Positions 18,962 through 28,533 of a stretch of 64,000 nucleotides of DNA are shown here, piece after piece. Origin of the DNA: Candidatus Aenigmatarchaeota archaeon (lineage in GTDB: Archaea; Aenigmatarchaeota; Aenigmatarchaeia; Aenigmatarchaeales; Aenigmatarchaeaceae); NCBI GenBank assembly GCA_043802485.1, contig JAZDKZ010000001.1:75257-139256 (forward strand). Reading direction: 5' to 3'. The position numbers and the translations under genes were made by a program. Within the stretch, counting starts at the first letter, position 1, and each line of letters begins with the position of its first letter. The notes under the pieces are model-generated. The model searched no databases and was not told where the DNA came from. It was given only the letters and a program-made list of their open reading frames with translations.

Positions 18962-19597
18962 ATGAAGCCCAAAGCCATACTTTTCGACGTCGACGGTACC
19001 TTGGTTCCGTTTGACGGGATAATAAAGCACATACAGAAAGCTTGCAGGCATTTCAATGTCCGCGTACCTTTGAAGAAAGAGCTTATGGACAATATAATGG
19101 GGTACAAGATAAGGGAAAGCATTCCTAAGCTGATTCCAGAGACAAAGAGCATAATCAAAGAGTTTGAAAAGTATTATGGAGAATCCTACAAAAAGGATGT
19201 GGAATCAATAAAGCCCTTTCCCTATGTCAAGCCTATTCTGGACTGGGTTGAGAGTGAAGGCATGAAAATAGGCATAGTAACCACAAAATCCAATCTCATG
19301 GCTAAAACAACTCTTGATCATTACAAGATTCCTTATGACGTTATCATAGGTTTTGATGACGTGAAGAACAGAAAGCCGCATCCTGAGCCTGTTATCAAGG
19401 CTTGTAAATTATTGAAAATCAAACCAGATGAAAGCATGTTTTTGGGCGATCATCCGTTTGATATACAATCTGCGAAAAGTGCTGGTTCTGTTGCCGTGGG
19501 AGTTCTGGATGGATGGGGCAACGAGACCAATCTGAAGGAAGCCGGGGCAGACTTTGTTGTGGAAGATTTAAGAAGCTTGAAAAAATTATTAGAATAA
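18962..19597 (+). CDS. HAD-family phosphatase (phosphoglycolate phosphatase-like)
   Basis: FDVDGTL, KPHPEP, LGDHPFD. Confidence 0.9.
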   Translation: MKPKAILFDVDGTLVPFDGIIKHIQKACRHFNVRVPLKKELMDNIMGYKIRESIPKLIPETKSIIKEFEKYYGESYKKDVESIKPFPYVKPILDWVESEGMKIGIVTTKSNLMAKTTLDHYKIPYDVIIGFDDVKNRKPHPEPVIKACKLLKIKPDESMFLGDHPFDIQSAKSAGSVAVGVLDGWGNETNLKEAGADFVVEDLRSLKKLLE

Positions 19598-19598
19598 G

Positions 19599-21155
19599 GT
19601 GATAAGGTTCAAAAAATTTTACGTGACAACGGCAATAGACTATCCTAATGCAAAGCCTCATTTGGGCCAGGCCTACGAGAAAATTATCGCAGATGTCATT
19701 GCAAGATTTCATAGAGCTAGATGTGAAGATGTCTTTTTCCTGACAGGTATGGACGAGCACGGTCAGAAGATAGAGAACGCTGCGAAAAAGTCAGGCAAGT
19801 CACCGCAGGAGTTCGTTGATGATATGTCCGTCTTCTTCAAAGATTTGTGTGAGAAGCTAAACATAAGCAACGACGACTTTATCAGGACAACAAATAAAAA
19901 TCATGAAAAAAATGTGACTGAAATACTTGAAAAAGTTTCTGAAAAAGAAGATATATACAAAGACCATTATGAAGGTCTTTATTGTATTTCTTGTGAAGCT
20001 TTCTATACTGAGAAGGACGCTGTCGATGGAAAATGTCCTGTTCATAAATCGAAGTTAGAAGTACTAAGAGAAGAGTCGTATTTCTTTAGATTGAGCAAAT
20101 ATAGGGAAAGTATAATAAAATATATAAAAAACAATGAAAAATTCATAATTCCAGAATTTAGAAGAAGTGAAATTCTAAACAGACTTCAAGAAGACCTGAG
20201 AGACCTTAGCATTTCAAGAACCAACTTCAGTTGGGGAATAACATTGCCAGAGAAAATAACAGGAACAGAAAAAGGTCATGTTATTTATGTTTGGTTTGAC
20301 GCACTAACAAACTACGCTACAGCTCTTTGTGAAGGAGCTTCTTTTACCCCGTCTAAATTCCAAGCTACTCAGCCGAATGAAGGAAGTAAAAACGAAAAAT
20401 ACTGGCCTCCTGATGTGCAAGTCATAGGAAAAGACATTTTGTGGTTCCATACTGTTATCTGGCCCGCAATTTTAATGTCTCTTGGTATACCTTTGCCAAA
20501 AACAATTCTTGTTCACGGTTTCATAAATATCGGCGGAGAAAAGCTTTCAAAAACAAGAGGGATTATTGTAGACCCAGATAAAATTGTAGATAAATACGGG
20601 GTTGACAGCTTGAGATATTTCCTAATGAGAGAAATTCCTTTCGGAGAAGATGGAAACTTTTCAGAAGAATCTCTGATAAACAGGCATAATTCAGAGCTGG
20701 CAGACACATTAGGAAACTTGGTTAACCGTGTATTGGTTCTTGTCGAGAAGAACTTTGACGGTCTTGTTCAAGAGCCTGCAGAAAAGGACGGACTGTCAAA
20801 ACTGGCTTTGGAAACTGTTGGCAAAGTCGAGTCTTCCATAGAAAATTTCCAGTTCCACAATACCTTGAATGATATTTTCTATCTTATTGGTGAGGCAAAC
20901 AAGTACATAAACGAGAACAAGGTCTGGGAAATAAAGGACAAGAAAAAATTAGGTGGAATTTTATACAATCTTCTTGAGACACTAAGATTCTCAGCAATAC
21001 TTTTGTATCCTTTTATTCCAGAAACATCTGAAAAAATAATGGAACAACTGGGATTGGAAAAGAATTTCTTTTTCAAAGATTTAGAGTGGGGTTTGCTAAA
21101 GCCCGGAACCAAAACTAACAGGGGTAAGGTCCTATTCCAGAAGATAAAGGTGTGA
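19599..21155 (+). CDS. metG: Methionine-tRNA ligase (short form, no C-terminal tRNA-binding domain)
   Basis: YPNAKPHLG, DEHGQKI, YVWFDAL, GKDI..FH, KLSKT. Confidence 0.96.
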   Translation: MIRFKKFYVTTAIDYPNAKPHLGQAYEKIIADVIARFHRARCEDVFFLTGMDEHGQKIENAAKKSGKSPQEFVDDMSVFFKDLCEKLNISNDDFIRTTNKNHEKNVTEILEKVSEKEDIYKDHYEGLYCISCEAFYTEKDAVDGKCPVHKSKLEVLREESYFFRLSKYRESIIKYIKNNEKFIIPEFRRSEILNRLQEDLRDLSISRTNFSWGITLPEKITGTEKGHVIYVWFDALTNYATALCEGASFTPSKFQATQPNEGSKNEKYWPPDVQVIGKDILWFHTVIWPAILMSLGIPLPKTILVHGFINIGGEKLSKTRGIIVDPDKIVDKYGVDSLRYFLMREIPFGEDGNFSEESLINRHNSELADTLGNLVNRVLVLVEKNFDGLVQEPAEKDGLSKLALETVGKVESSIENFQFHNTLNDIFYLIGEANKYINENKVWEIKDKKKLGGILYNLLETLRFSAILLYPFIPETSEKIMEQLGLEKNFFFKDLEWGLLKPGTKTNRGKVLFQKIKV

Positions 21156-21394
21156 TCATGAGAGTCAGTACACCAGACAGGATAATTCAGCTTATAAGAG
21201 AAAATTCGGATATAGATGCTGGTCAAGTAACCAAATGGCTAGATATAACTTATGAGACAGCATCCAAGCATCTAAGAAATCTAGTAGAGGATGACCAGCT
21301 TGAAAGATATCCCAAGGGGGACCCATGGAACTATTACTACAGGATAAGTTCCAAGAAGAAGCCGGTTACTCCGGAATTAAAAACATTCTTTTAA
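21152..21394 (+). CDS. Small winged-HTH protein
   Basis: Helix-turn-helix pattern (W-LDI-YETASKHLRNLV) followed by a wing (YYYRI). Confidence 0.6.
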   Translation: MIMRVSTPDRIIQLIRENSDIDAGQVTKWLDITYETASKHLRNLVEDDQLERYPKGDPWNYYYRISSKKKPVTPELKTFF

Positions 21395-21410
21395 TAAAAT
21401 TAAAAAATAA

Positions 21411-21433
21411 TCTCCTCTCAAAACAAGAGGAGA
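21411..21433. terminator. Perfect 8-bp hairpin between convergent genes
   Basis: TCTCCTCT-caaaaca-AGAGGAGA flanked by A/T tracts. Confidence 0.5.
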
Positions 21434-21455
21434 ATTTTGTTAAAAAATAAAACAA

Positions 21456-21797
21456 TCACATTCTTGCTATATGGGCAAATGATGGTGTCACAACGACCCA
21501 GTCTTCATCGATTCCTGCAATGTCGCCATTGATTGCCACACAAGTCTTTCTCAGCTTGTCAATTGCTCTTTTCAGTTCTGAAACATCCTTTCCTCTCAAA
21601 GCCTTTATCTTTACAAGGACAATCGCGCCGTCCCTTACCTGCTTTTGTATCCTGTCAGAATCTGCAAAGTCCTCTATCTTGTCAACCCTTATCGGTATCT
21701 TGCCTTGAGGCTTGTTGATTTCGCTTGTGTCAAGCTCGATGAATTCTTCTCCGCTCATCTCTCTGAAACCTTTGCCGAACAGTTTTTCAAAAACCAT
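21456..21797 (-). CDS. sepf: Cell division protein SepF
   Basis: G.IVLVKI...ELKRAI..L......GDIAGID..WVVVTP. Confidence 0.88.
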   Translation of the reverse strand: MVFEKLFGKGFREMSGEEFIELDTSEINKPQGKIPIRVDKIEDFADSDRIQKQVRDGAIVLVKIKALRGKDVSELKRAIDKLRKTCVAINGDIAGIDEDWVVVTPSFAHIARM

Positions 21798-21852
21798 CCA
21801 TATCTACCTCCAAAATTATCATAATTCTAATTATATCTTGAAATATAAATAT

Positions 21853-22095
21853 CTATTTCTGCATGCTCTCCATGATGGATACAATGTTCCATATCTGGGT
21901 CCTGGTGTACATGGGTATGTTAGGGTCGTTGGAGACCTCGTCCATGGTAGAAACAACAGTGTTTACCCTCACGGCAACGTCTTCCTTCTCGTCTGCCAGA
22001 ATGCTTATCGAATCCTCGCACTTTGCCCTTATGTTCCTGGGCACAGTTCGGTCGTTAGCGACCTGCTGGATGAGATTGATAACTTCTTCGAACAT
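21853..22095 (-). CDS. UPF0147 family protein
   Basis: DRTVPRNIR, DPNIPMYTRTQIWNIVS. Confidence 0.92.
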   Translation of the reverse strand: MFEEVINLIQQVANDRTVPRNIRAKCEDSISILADEKEDVAVRVNTVVSTMDEVSNDPNIPMYTRTQIWNIVSIMESMQK

Positions 22096-22179
22096 TGAAA
22101 ACACCTTGCCATGAGCATCATACTAAGGATAAGGTTGGTCTTGACCTTTTAAATTGCTTTCTGTTTATTAAATAAGATA

Positions 22180-22725
22180 ATGAAAAGGCACGCGTTCAGA
22201 CCAGCAATTGACAATGTTCTCAGAGAAAGACTTTCCGGATATCTTGGTTTAACTAGTTATTCTAGAGGTCCTGATTTCAAGACAATGGATAGAAAATATG
22301 TAATAGAAATGAAATGCAGAATGACTAAAGACCCTAAAAAGAATGACCATTTCAGTATAAGACCTAGACAGTTTATCAATTACAAGAATGCCATGAAACA
22401 GGTCGTGCTCAACCCCTCTAAAAACAGTCCTATATACGAACCAAACCTCCTATTCTTGTTTCTTAGATACTCTACCGAACAACCTGTCAAGAAGATAAAT
22501 GATCTTTGGCAAGAGCAAATAATAATACATCCCAGCTATTTGGTCGACTATAAAGTGATAAATCCCTGCTACAAGCCGGAACTAAAGTGGATGACTGTGC
22601 AGACAGGATTACTAAATAAAAAAATAGATAATGAAAACATAGAAGCAGTCGAAATCAAAACCCCTGAATTAATGATATTTCCCATAGGAAAAAACAGCAA
22701 AGAATTGGTAAAACGATGGCTGTGA
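22180..22725 (+). CDS. Hypothetical PD-(D/E)xK nuclease-like protein
   Basis: GPDF-x7-IEMK; AT-rich. Confidence 0.5.
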   Translation: MKRHAFRPAIDNVLRERLSGYLGLTSYSRGPDFKTMDRKYVIEMKCRMTKDPKKNDHFSIRPRQFINYKNAMKQVVLNPSKNSPIYEPNLLFLFLRYSTEQPVKKINDLWQEQIIIHPSYLVDYKVINPCYKPELKWMTVQTGLLNKKIDNENIEAVEIKTPELMIFPIGKNSKELVKRWL

Positions 22726-23094
22726 TTACTCTGCAGCCGACTTTTTTTCATGACCCTTGAGGATTTCTTCCAGTTTCTTCTGGTTCTCTTCCATCCTGTC
22801 CTTCATCCTCTTTTCCTGCTTGTTAAGGCTCTTCAGCCTGAGATCGATGGTCTCCTTCCTCTCGTTCAGCTCGATCTTCAGCTTCTCCTTGTCAGCCTTT
22901 ATCAGGATCGGACCCACAGCCTTGAACACGTCCTCGTCCTTCACCTTTCCCAGCTCAACTAGAGCCTTGTCCATCTCCATGTTCTGTATGCTCAGGCTCT
23001 CTTTCTGGATCAGAACAGTCTGCATCTGCTGCTGGTATGCCTGTAGCTCCATCAGAATCTGCTGTGTTTCCGGTGTTATTTTTAGTTCGCTCAT
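22726..23094 (-). CDS. pfdB: Prefoldin beta subunit
   Basis: Coiled coils flanking VFKAVGPILIK; position at the end of the superoperon. Confidence 0.93.
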   Translation of the reverse strand: MSELKITPETQQILMELQAYQQQMQTVLIQKESLSIQNMEMDKALVELGKVKDEDVFKAVGPILIKADKEKLKIELNERKETIDLRLKSLNKQEKRMKDRMEENQKKLEEILKGHEKKSAAE

Positions 23095-23309
23095 TCAATC
23101 TCCTCCGTATTTATCGCGGTCCTTATCAGCTTTATGTAAGAGTTTATACCCGCAAGCAGGCCTGCGATGTCCTCTGACTTGACTGCCAGAAGCACCTTGC
23201 CGTCCCCTGCCTTTAGCCTGACCTCGAACCTTCTAGAATCCATGTCAGGCTCTATCGCCTTCACGACCGTTTCAGGATTCATGCATTCTATCTCTATCTG
23301 AGCCTTCAT
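23091..23309 (-). CDS. pcc1: KEOPS subunit Pcc1
   Basis: AIEPD, SEDIAGLLAGINSY; conserved gene order. Confidence 0.85.
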   Translation of the reverse strand: MKAQIEIECMNPETVVKAIEPDMDSRRFEVRLKAGDGKVLLAVKSEDIAGLLAGINSYIKLIRTAINTEEIE

Positions 23310-23310
23310 T

Positions 23311-23445
23311 CTAATCCGAGCTTACTTTCACGACAGTCTTGGGGGTTTCCTTTGTTATTATCTTGTACCCACAGTAAGGACATCTTATCTTTTCCTTCAC
23401 TTGCTTCATCTCTATCTTTTCGCCGCAGTTAAGACATTTATACAT
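23311..23445 (-). CDS. rpoP: RNA polymerase subunit Rpo12 (P)
   Basis: Translated by hand: MYKCLNCGEKIEMKQVKEKIRCPYCGYKIITKETPKTVVKVSSD (44 aa, below the ORF-track cutoff). Confidence 0.93.
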   Translation of the reverse strand: MYKCLNCGEKIEMKQVKEKIRCPYCGYKIITKETPKTVVKVSSD

Positions 23446-23662
23446 TTTTCTCACTCTTTGGGAAGTAGGCTGCCCCTGCGAACTTGGTCTTGCATTTCTT
23501 GCAGTACCAGATTCCTGATGAGACCCTTTTCAGGGCGTTCCTCTCGCAGTACGGGCACGTTTTACTCTGTCTCTGCTTCTCTTCCATCTTCTTTATTATC
23601 TTCTTGGTTTTGGTTCCGTACCTTGGACCGAACCTGCCTGTGCTACCTACTTTCTTTGTCAT
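23438..23662 (-). CDS. rpl37ae: 50S ribosomal protein L37Ae
   Basis: GRFGPRYG, CPYC, GIWYCKKC, FAGAAY. Confidence 0.96.
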   Translation of the reverse strand: MTKKVGSTGRFGPRYGTKTKKIIKKMEEKQRQSKTCPYCERNALKRVSSGIWYCKKCKTKFAGAAYFPKSEKNV

Positions 23663-24432
23663 TTAATCAACTTTCTTAATTCTTTGCCTTTCGCAATTGA
23701 TAAATCTGCCGCCTTTGCTATCTCGTCTATGGTGAAAAAGCCGTTGCCGCCCTTCTGTATGGAGCAGATGTTGCCGTTTTCCATTGTTGTTATGGTTATC
23801 CTGGCGTCAATGCTCTTCTCTTCCTCTAGGTTGGTGTCCAGCATAAGGGTGTTGCCTATCTTCACTGTTGTTATCGCTATCGGCGTGTCCCTTATGGGCA
23901 GCTTGCCTGCCTTTTCTTCGAAGACAATCTTTTTATCCTCATACTTTGGTAGCTCTGCGGTTTTCAGGGCTGCTATTGCTGCCAAGGCCGCTGCGTCCTG
24001 GAGGTTCCCGTCATAGTCCAGCACATGTATGTCAACGTTGACCATCCAAACAGCCTCTTCAGGAGTTATGCACAGCTTCTCAACATCAATACACTTGCTC
24101 TCTCTTATGCCGCGGTCAGTGACCCTTGCTATCTCTATCGAGTCCTCCCTTGGAGGGCCTGCCTCGAATTCTGGCGACGCCACTGGCGACAGCTCTGCGT
24201 TGACAATGAGAACGCCCTCGTCCGGTGTGTCAGGGAATGGTGTTCCTACGGACATCTTGACACCTGCAAGCACGTGCGTGTTGCCTATCCTGACTCTTGC
24301 AGAGCCTTCCGCGTTCCCTATCACGTTGGTCTCTACGCTTATCTCCCTGAACTCTTCCGGCTTCCTCTCGTCCACCCTCAAGCCCTTTTCTGCCATCTTT
24401 CTTACATAATCTTCACTCATCAACATCTGCAT
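23659..24432 (-). CDS. rrp42: Exosome subunit Rrp42
   Basis: AEGSARVRIG, PFPDTPDEG, DRGIRES, DGNL.DA, QKGG. Confidence 0.95.
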   Translation of the reverse strand: MQMLMSEDYVRKMAEKGLRVDERKPEEFREISVETNVIGNAEGSARVRIGNTHVLAGVKMSVGTPFPDTPDEGVLIVNAELSPVASPEFEAGPPREDSIEIARVTDRGIRESKCIDVEKLCITPEEAVWMVNVDIHVLDYDGNLQDAAALAAIAALKTAELPKYEDKKIVFEEKAGKLPIRDTPIAITTVKIGNTLMLDTNLEEEKSIDARITITTMENGNICSIQKGGNGFFTIDEIAKAADLSIAKGKELRKLIK

Positions 24433-25153
24433 CACCTGTATTGTATTTTTCTCTTAGTGCCTGCCTCTGCTTCTCGCTTATTTCTGAGCAGCCTTTTCCA
24501 GCAAGCTTCAGCATTGTTACCATCTCTTCCCTGGTTATTATGCCATCCATCTGCAACAGGACCACCTTATCCTCGTTGCCCACCATTGCTACAGCCATGT
24601 CCACGTCTCCGTAATTGTCCTCAATGCCGTACAAGTCCAGAGCAATCTGGCCGTCGACCTTTCCCACGCTGCATGAGCTTACCATGTTGCTCATTGGCAC
24701 GCCTGCATCCACCAAAGCCAGGGATGCTGCGTTCAGAGCCGCGCACCTTGTCGAGGCGTCAGCCTGCAGTATCTCCATGAAGACGTCTACGGCAGTCTTT
24801 GGATACTCGTTGAAGAACACCACGTTTGACAAAGCCTCCTTTATCACCATGGATATCTCTGTTGCCCTGCGGCTTCTGCCAGGTCTTATCCTCTCCTTTG
24901 TCGAGAAGGGCGCCATGGCGTACCTGCATCTTAAGATAGTCTTCTGCGGATCTTCCATGTGCCTTGGGTGCACTTCCCTCGGGCCTTGAACAGCTGCTAG
25001 GGCGTACGTGTTGCCGAACCTGAACGTTGCCGAGCCGTTCGACTTTTTCAGCACTCCAATCTCAAGTTCCATTGGCCTGAACTGGTCCAGAGTTCTTCCG
25101 TCAAGTCTTTTGCCGTTTATTATCATTTTTTCCGGTTTTCCTGCTTTTCCCAT
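24413..25153 (-). CDS. rrp41: Exosome subunit Rrp41
   Basis: RLDGR, GPREVHPRH, SRRATEIS, QADASTR. Confidence 0.96.
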   Translation of the reverse strand: MGKAGKPEKMIINGKRLDGRTLDQFRPMELEIGVLKKSNGSATFRFGNTYALAAVQGPREVHPRHMEDPQKTILRCRYAMAPFSTKERIRPGRSRRATEISMVIKEALSNVVFFNEYPKTAVDVFMEILQADASTRCAALNAASLALVDAGVPMSNMVSSCSVGKVDGQIALDLYGIEDNYGDVDMAVAMVGNEDKVVLLQMDGIITREEMVTMLKLAGKGCSEISEKQRQALREKYNTGDADVDE

Positions 25154-25154
25154 A

Positions 25155-25847
25155 TTAATCACCCTTCTCCAAAAATTGGGATATCTTATCTGTCAGACCT
25201 GACACATGCGACTCCCTCTCTATCTTCAAGACGGTCTTCGCAGCCAGGCTCTCCTTCTCTCCCTTTATCCAAATAATTCCGTTCTGACCAACGATTATCT
25301 GGCACTTTGTCTTGTCCTTTATCAGCTCTATCATGGAGCCGGACTTGCCTATGACCCTCGGCACCTTTGCCGGCGTTATCCTAAGAATCCTGCCGCCGAT
25401 CAGCTTTCTTGCCCGGTGGTCGTTCATGGTCAGCTGTATCCTCTTTGATTTCGAGACGTTCAGGACCTTTGCATAGACAATGTCCCCGATATCAAAGTAG
25501 ACTGAAATGTCAGTCTTGTTCAAATCAACATATTCTCCCACAGCCTCGCCCAAGGGCAGTATCGCGTCATAAGGCGAGTTTATATCAACAATCCATATCG
25601 TGGTCTGCATGTCGAAGACAAAACCGATTATGCCGTCCCCCATCTTGGGATTATATACTCCTGACAACGGTATTGCTCCTACAAATCTGTCCTTTACCTT
25701 TGCTAAGCCTAAAATTTTCGACTTTATCTTGTTGTCCGATCTAAAGCTTCCTGAAGAGGGCAGAAAGTCCAAGCCGGTTGCCAAAGTATCGCCCGGAATG
25801 ACCAGCTGCCTCTCCTTTACCAAAACCTCTGATTTTGTTTCATTCAT
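25155..25847 (-). CDS. rrp4: Exosome RNA-binding subunit Rrp4
   Basis: VIPGD, DINSPY, KVPRVIGKSGSMI, GQNG.IW. Confidence 0.95.
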   Translation of the reverse strand: MNETKSEVLVKERQLVIPGDTLATGLDFLPSSGSFRSDNKIKSKILGLAKVKDRFVGAIPLSGVYNPKMGDGIIGFVFDMQTTIWIVDINSPYDAILPLGEAVGEYVDLNKTDISVYFDIGDIVYAKVLNVSKSKRIQLTMNDHRARKLIGGRILRITPAKVPRVIGKSGSMIELIKDKTKCQIIVGQNGIIWIKGEKESLAAKTVLKIERESHVSGLTDKISQFLEKGD

Positions 25848-25848
25848 A

Positions 25849-26556
25849 TTAATCACCTACTTTTTTAATTATTTTAACCTCAACCTGACCGTGCGTCAAG
25901 TTGTTCAATCTATCATAAACTTCCTGCTGTATGCCTGCAGGAATCTCTATCAGCGACAGCAGGCTGCCGTCTGAGGTCCAATCCTCTTTTAATAGGGTCC
26001 CAAAACTTCTTATAATATTGCCAGCCTTGCCCGCGAACTGGGGCGTTATCTTTATGGCCAGCTGTATCTTCTCTATCCTTATTGGCATTACCTTCTGCAG
26101 AGCTCTTACCGCAGAGTCCACCTGCTCTTCTACCCTCTTGTCCAGTTCCACCTTTATTTTTGCCTCTTCCATTGCCCTGACAATCCTGTCCATTGGGTGT
26201 GGCAGATTCGTTTGCGGGTTGATGCCTCTTTTTGAGATGATGCTTGCCAAGGCCTTTGTCTTGTCCTCCATCATCTGCCTTCTCTGCTCTGTCGTGAGCT
26301 GGACCTCCCCATCCTTTATTATGGTCTTTGCGATCACTTTGAAGTCAGTTGTGCCAAAGGCCTTGTTGATGCTTTCATTTGATGCTCTGAGACCTTTCTT
26401 CGAGTCCTCAAAAATATCCTCAGAAGCAATCAAATCATCCAGAGGTATTTCCTTGCCCATCCTAACCTCTAACGATTTGTTCGGGTCAACCAAAATCTCA
26501 AACCTGTTCCCAAACTTTACCAACTTAGCTATAACAGCTTTTTCTACAGAAATCAT
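25849..26556 (-). CDS. Ribosome maturation factor SBDS
   Basis: FEILVDP, FGTTD, GEVQLTTEQRR, NPQT..PHP. Confidence 0.95.
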   Translation of the reverse strand: MISVEKAVIAKLVKFGNRFEILVDPNKSLEVRMGKEIPLDDLIASEDIFEDSKKGLRASNESINKAFGTTDFKVIAKTIIKDGEVQLTTEQRRQMMEDKTKALASIISKRGINPQTNLPHPMDRIVRAMEEAKIKVELDKRVEEQVDSAVRALQKVMPIRIEKIQLAIKITPQFAGKAGNIIRSFGTLLKEDWTSDGSLLSLIEIPAGIQQEVYDRLNNLTHGQVEVKIIKKVGD

Positions 26557-26583
26557 TTAATCGACCTTCTGAATTAACCATAA

Positions 26584-27279
26584 TTACCAGTACTTTTTAA
26601 TGAATTTTAATCCTTCGCCGCCATGATACTTTGTAAAACCTTTACCATTGACAACAGCCAACTCAACCTCAGTCGGCTTTATGTGCTTTTCCCCTGCCCT
26701 CAGCGCTTGTATCGCAAGCTTGACAGCGTCTTCCTGCTTCATGTTCTCTTTCCAGCTCTTTCTCAGTAACTTTAACGCTTCTGGCGCTCCTCTGCCTATC
26801 GAATGCGCCTTCCAGCCATAGTATGCTGAAGAAGGATCGACCTCGAAAAGCTGCGCGCCGTTCTCGTCAACCCCTCCGAACAAGAAAGCAACTCCATAAG
26901 GCCTTACTCCACCATATTGCGTGAACAGCTGCATCCTGTCTGAAATATCTTTCACAGCTCCCAGAACATTCAGCGGCTCGTCATAAGTCAGCCTGTAGAC
27001 CTGCGCCTTTATCCTGCTTGCATCAATAAGCACTCTTCCGTCAGCCAGAAATCCTGAAATCGCTCCACCCAGATGGTCGTCTATTTGGAAGATTTTTTCT
27101 CCGCTTCCTTCAGGCACTGCCAGCTCCACAACAGGCTTTGAACCCACTAGAACAATTCCTCCGTCGAATATCAAGCCTACAGATGTTGTCCCTCTTTTGA
27201 CAGCTTCCCTTGCGTACTCTACCTGGAACAATCTTCCGTCAGGAGAAAATGTCACTATTGCCCTGTCGTATCCCATCAT
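26584..27279 (-). CDS. psmA: Proteasome alpha subunit (may start 6 codons upstream at ATA 27297)
   Basis: YDRAIVTFSPDGRLFQVEYAREAV, GGVRPYG. Confidence 0.97.
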   Translation of the reverse strand: MMGYDRAIVTFSPDGRLFQVEYAREAVKRGTTSVGLIFDGGIVLVGSKPVVELAVPEGSGEKIFQIDDHLGGAISGFLADGRVLIDASRIKAQVYRLTYDEPLNVLGAVKDISDRMQLFTQYGGVRPYGVAFLFGGVDENGAQLFEVDPSSAYYGWKAHSIGRGAPEALKLLRKSWKENMKQEDAVKLAIQALRAGEKHIKPTEVELAVVNGKGFTKYHGGEGLKFIKKYW

Positions 27280-27354
27280 TTCTGGTATCGCTTGTATAAT
27301 ATCACCTTAGATGTTATTACTTTTCAGTTTCTAACCTTATAAAGGTTTTTCTTA

Positions 27355-27735
27355 TCATGTGAACTCTGTCAGCTTAGTTTCTCCGAAGAACTTCATCTTT
27401 GCCGCGTTCATGGTTCCTGATATGCCGAGCACTTTGAAGACGACTCTTGCGTCTCCTATCCTCTGTATCAGCGCTAGTGCCGTCCTTATCTCTTCCACGC
27501 TGTCGTGCGCGCATCTTATCAAGCCTGTCTGATTCTCCTCGTTGAACGTGTCCCTGGCAATCCACATATCTGTCTCTGATGTCCCGTGCTCCCCGAGGAA
27601 GTTCAGCACAGAATGCCATATGGTGTTGGTTATGTCGTCCAGCAGGACCTTTTCCTCTGATATCACCTGGTAGGCTATGTACCTTCTCCTGCTTCTCAGG
27701 CTTGACGGCAACGGTTTTGGTCTTTTATCTTCCAT
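27355..27735 (-). CDS. rnp2: RNase P protein Pop5
   Basis: LP.SLRSRRRYI, GLIRC, GISGT. Confidence 0.92.
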   Translation of the reverse strand: MEDKRPKPLPSSLRSRRRYIAYQVISEEKVLLDDITNTIWHSVLNFLGEHGTSETDMWIARDTFNEENQTGLIRCAHDSVEEIRTALALIQRIGDARVVFKVLGISGTMNAAKMKFFGETKLTEFT

Positions 27736-27739
27736 ATCA

Positions 27740-28459
27740 TCACTCTACTATCTCCACGCCTTCTGTTATCTTCTTCCCCTCCAGCGTTTTCTTGTTGTTC
27801 TCAACCATCTCCTGCGGAACAGTCGTCATACCTAGGAAGGCCTTGCTTATGTCAAGGCCGAGGACATTGGCTACTGACACCAGCTCCCTGGGAGCTCTCA
27901 TGCCCCAGATGCTCTGCGCTCCTGAGCAAATTAAAACAGGCGTTCGAAAATGTTCGGCAAGGCTCATGTTTTTTTCAATGTGATTGAGGACGTATGACCT
28001 CTGCTTTCTGAAAGATTCGAGTATTTCTCTAAAGTTGATCTGGATGGCAACGTTGTTTCTCATGGCTGCCTGCATGCAAACTTCGTCAAGGCCGCTGTCA
28101 ATCCTTCCCAGTTCCGGGTGCGCCAGTATGTCGACCCTCGGGTCGTCGCATGCTGCGCGGTTTATCTCGTAACTGCCTCCTGCAACAATGACTATCAACG
28201 CCTTTTCGCGGACTTTGGTTATTTTCTCCTTCAAGTCACTGACGTTATCTGCTTTTATCAGAACTCCTGGATAGACTTCCAACTCTGTCTCCAGTTCCCT
28301 GATTTTGTTTATCAGCTCTTCCAACTTTTCCTTGCTCTCGTAATCGTCGCATATGGCTATTCCTGTGTAGCCCAACCTCTTCGCAAATCTTGCCATCTCC
28401 TCCACGGCGTTCTCTCCGTCAGAGAGCTTGCTTTTGACATGCAGGTCGTAAAACTTCAT
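27740..28459 (-). CDS. rnp3: RNase P protein Rpp30
   Basis: FYDLHV, NRAAC....DIL.HP, SGA.SIWGMRAPREL. Confidence 0.92.
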   Translation of the reverse strand: MKFYDLHVKSKLSDGENAVEEMARFAKRLGYTGIAICDDYESKEKLEELINKIRELETELEVYPGVLIKADNVSDLKEKITKVREKALIVIVAGGSYEINRAACDDPRVDILAHPELGRIDSGLDEVCMQAAMRNNVAIQINFREILESFRKQRSYVLNHIEKNMSLAEHFRTPVLICSGAQSIWGMRAPRELVSVANVLGLDISKAFLGMTTVPQEMVENNKKTLEGKKITEGVEIVE

Positions 28460-28533
28460 TCAGTTCACCATGAAATGCTACTAATAGAATATTGGAATAT
28501 AGCTTTAAAAAAAAGGATTTTTTTCAAGAAAAA

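Noticed and set aside
20337..20380. Short similarity (AGCCGAAT, CCCCRTCTAAA) between the metG insert and the minus strand of 48160-48270
   Set aside because: Matches are too short and not collinear enough to exceed chance by eye.
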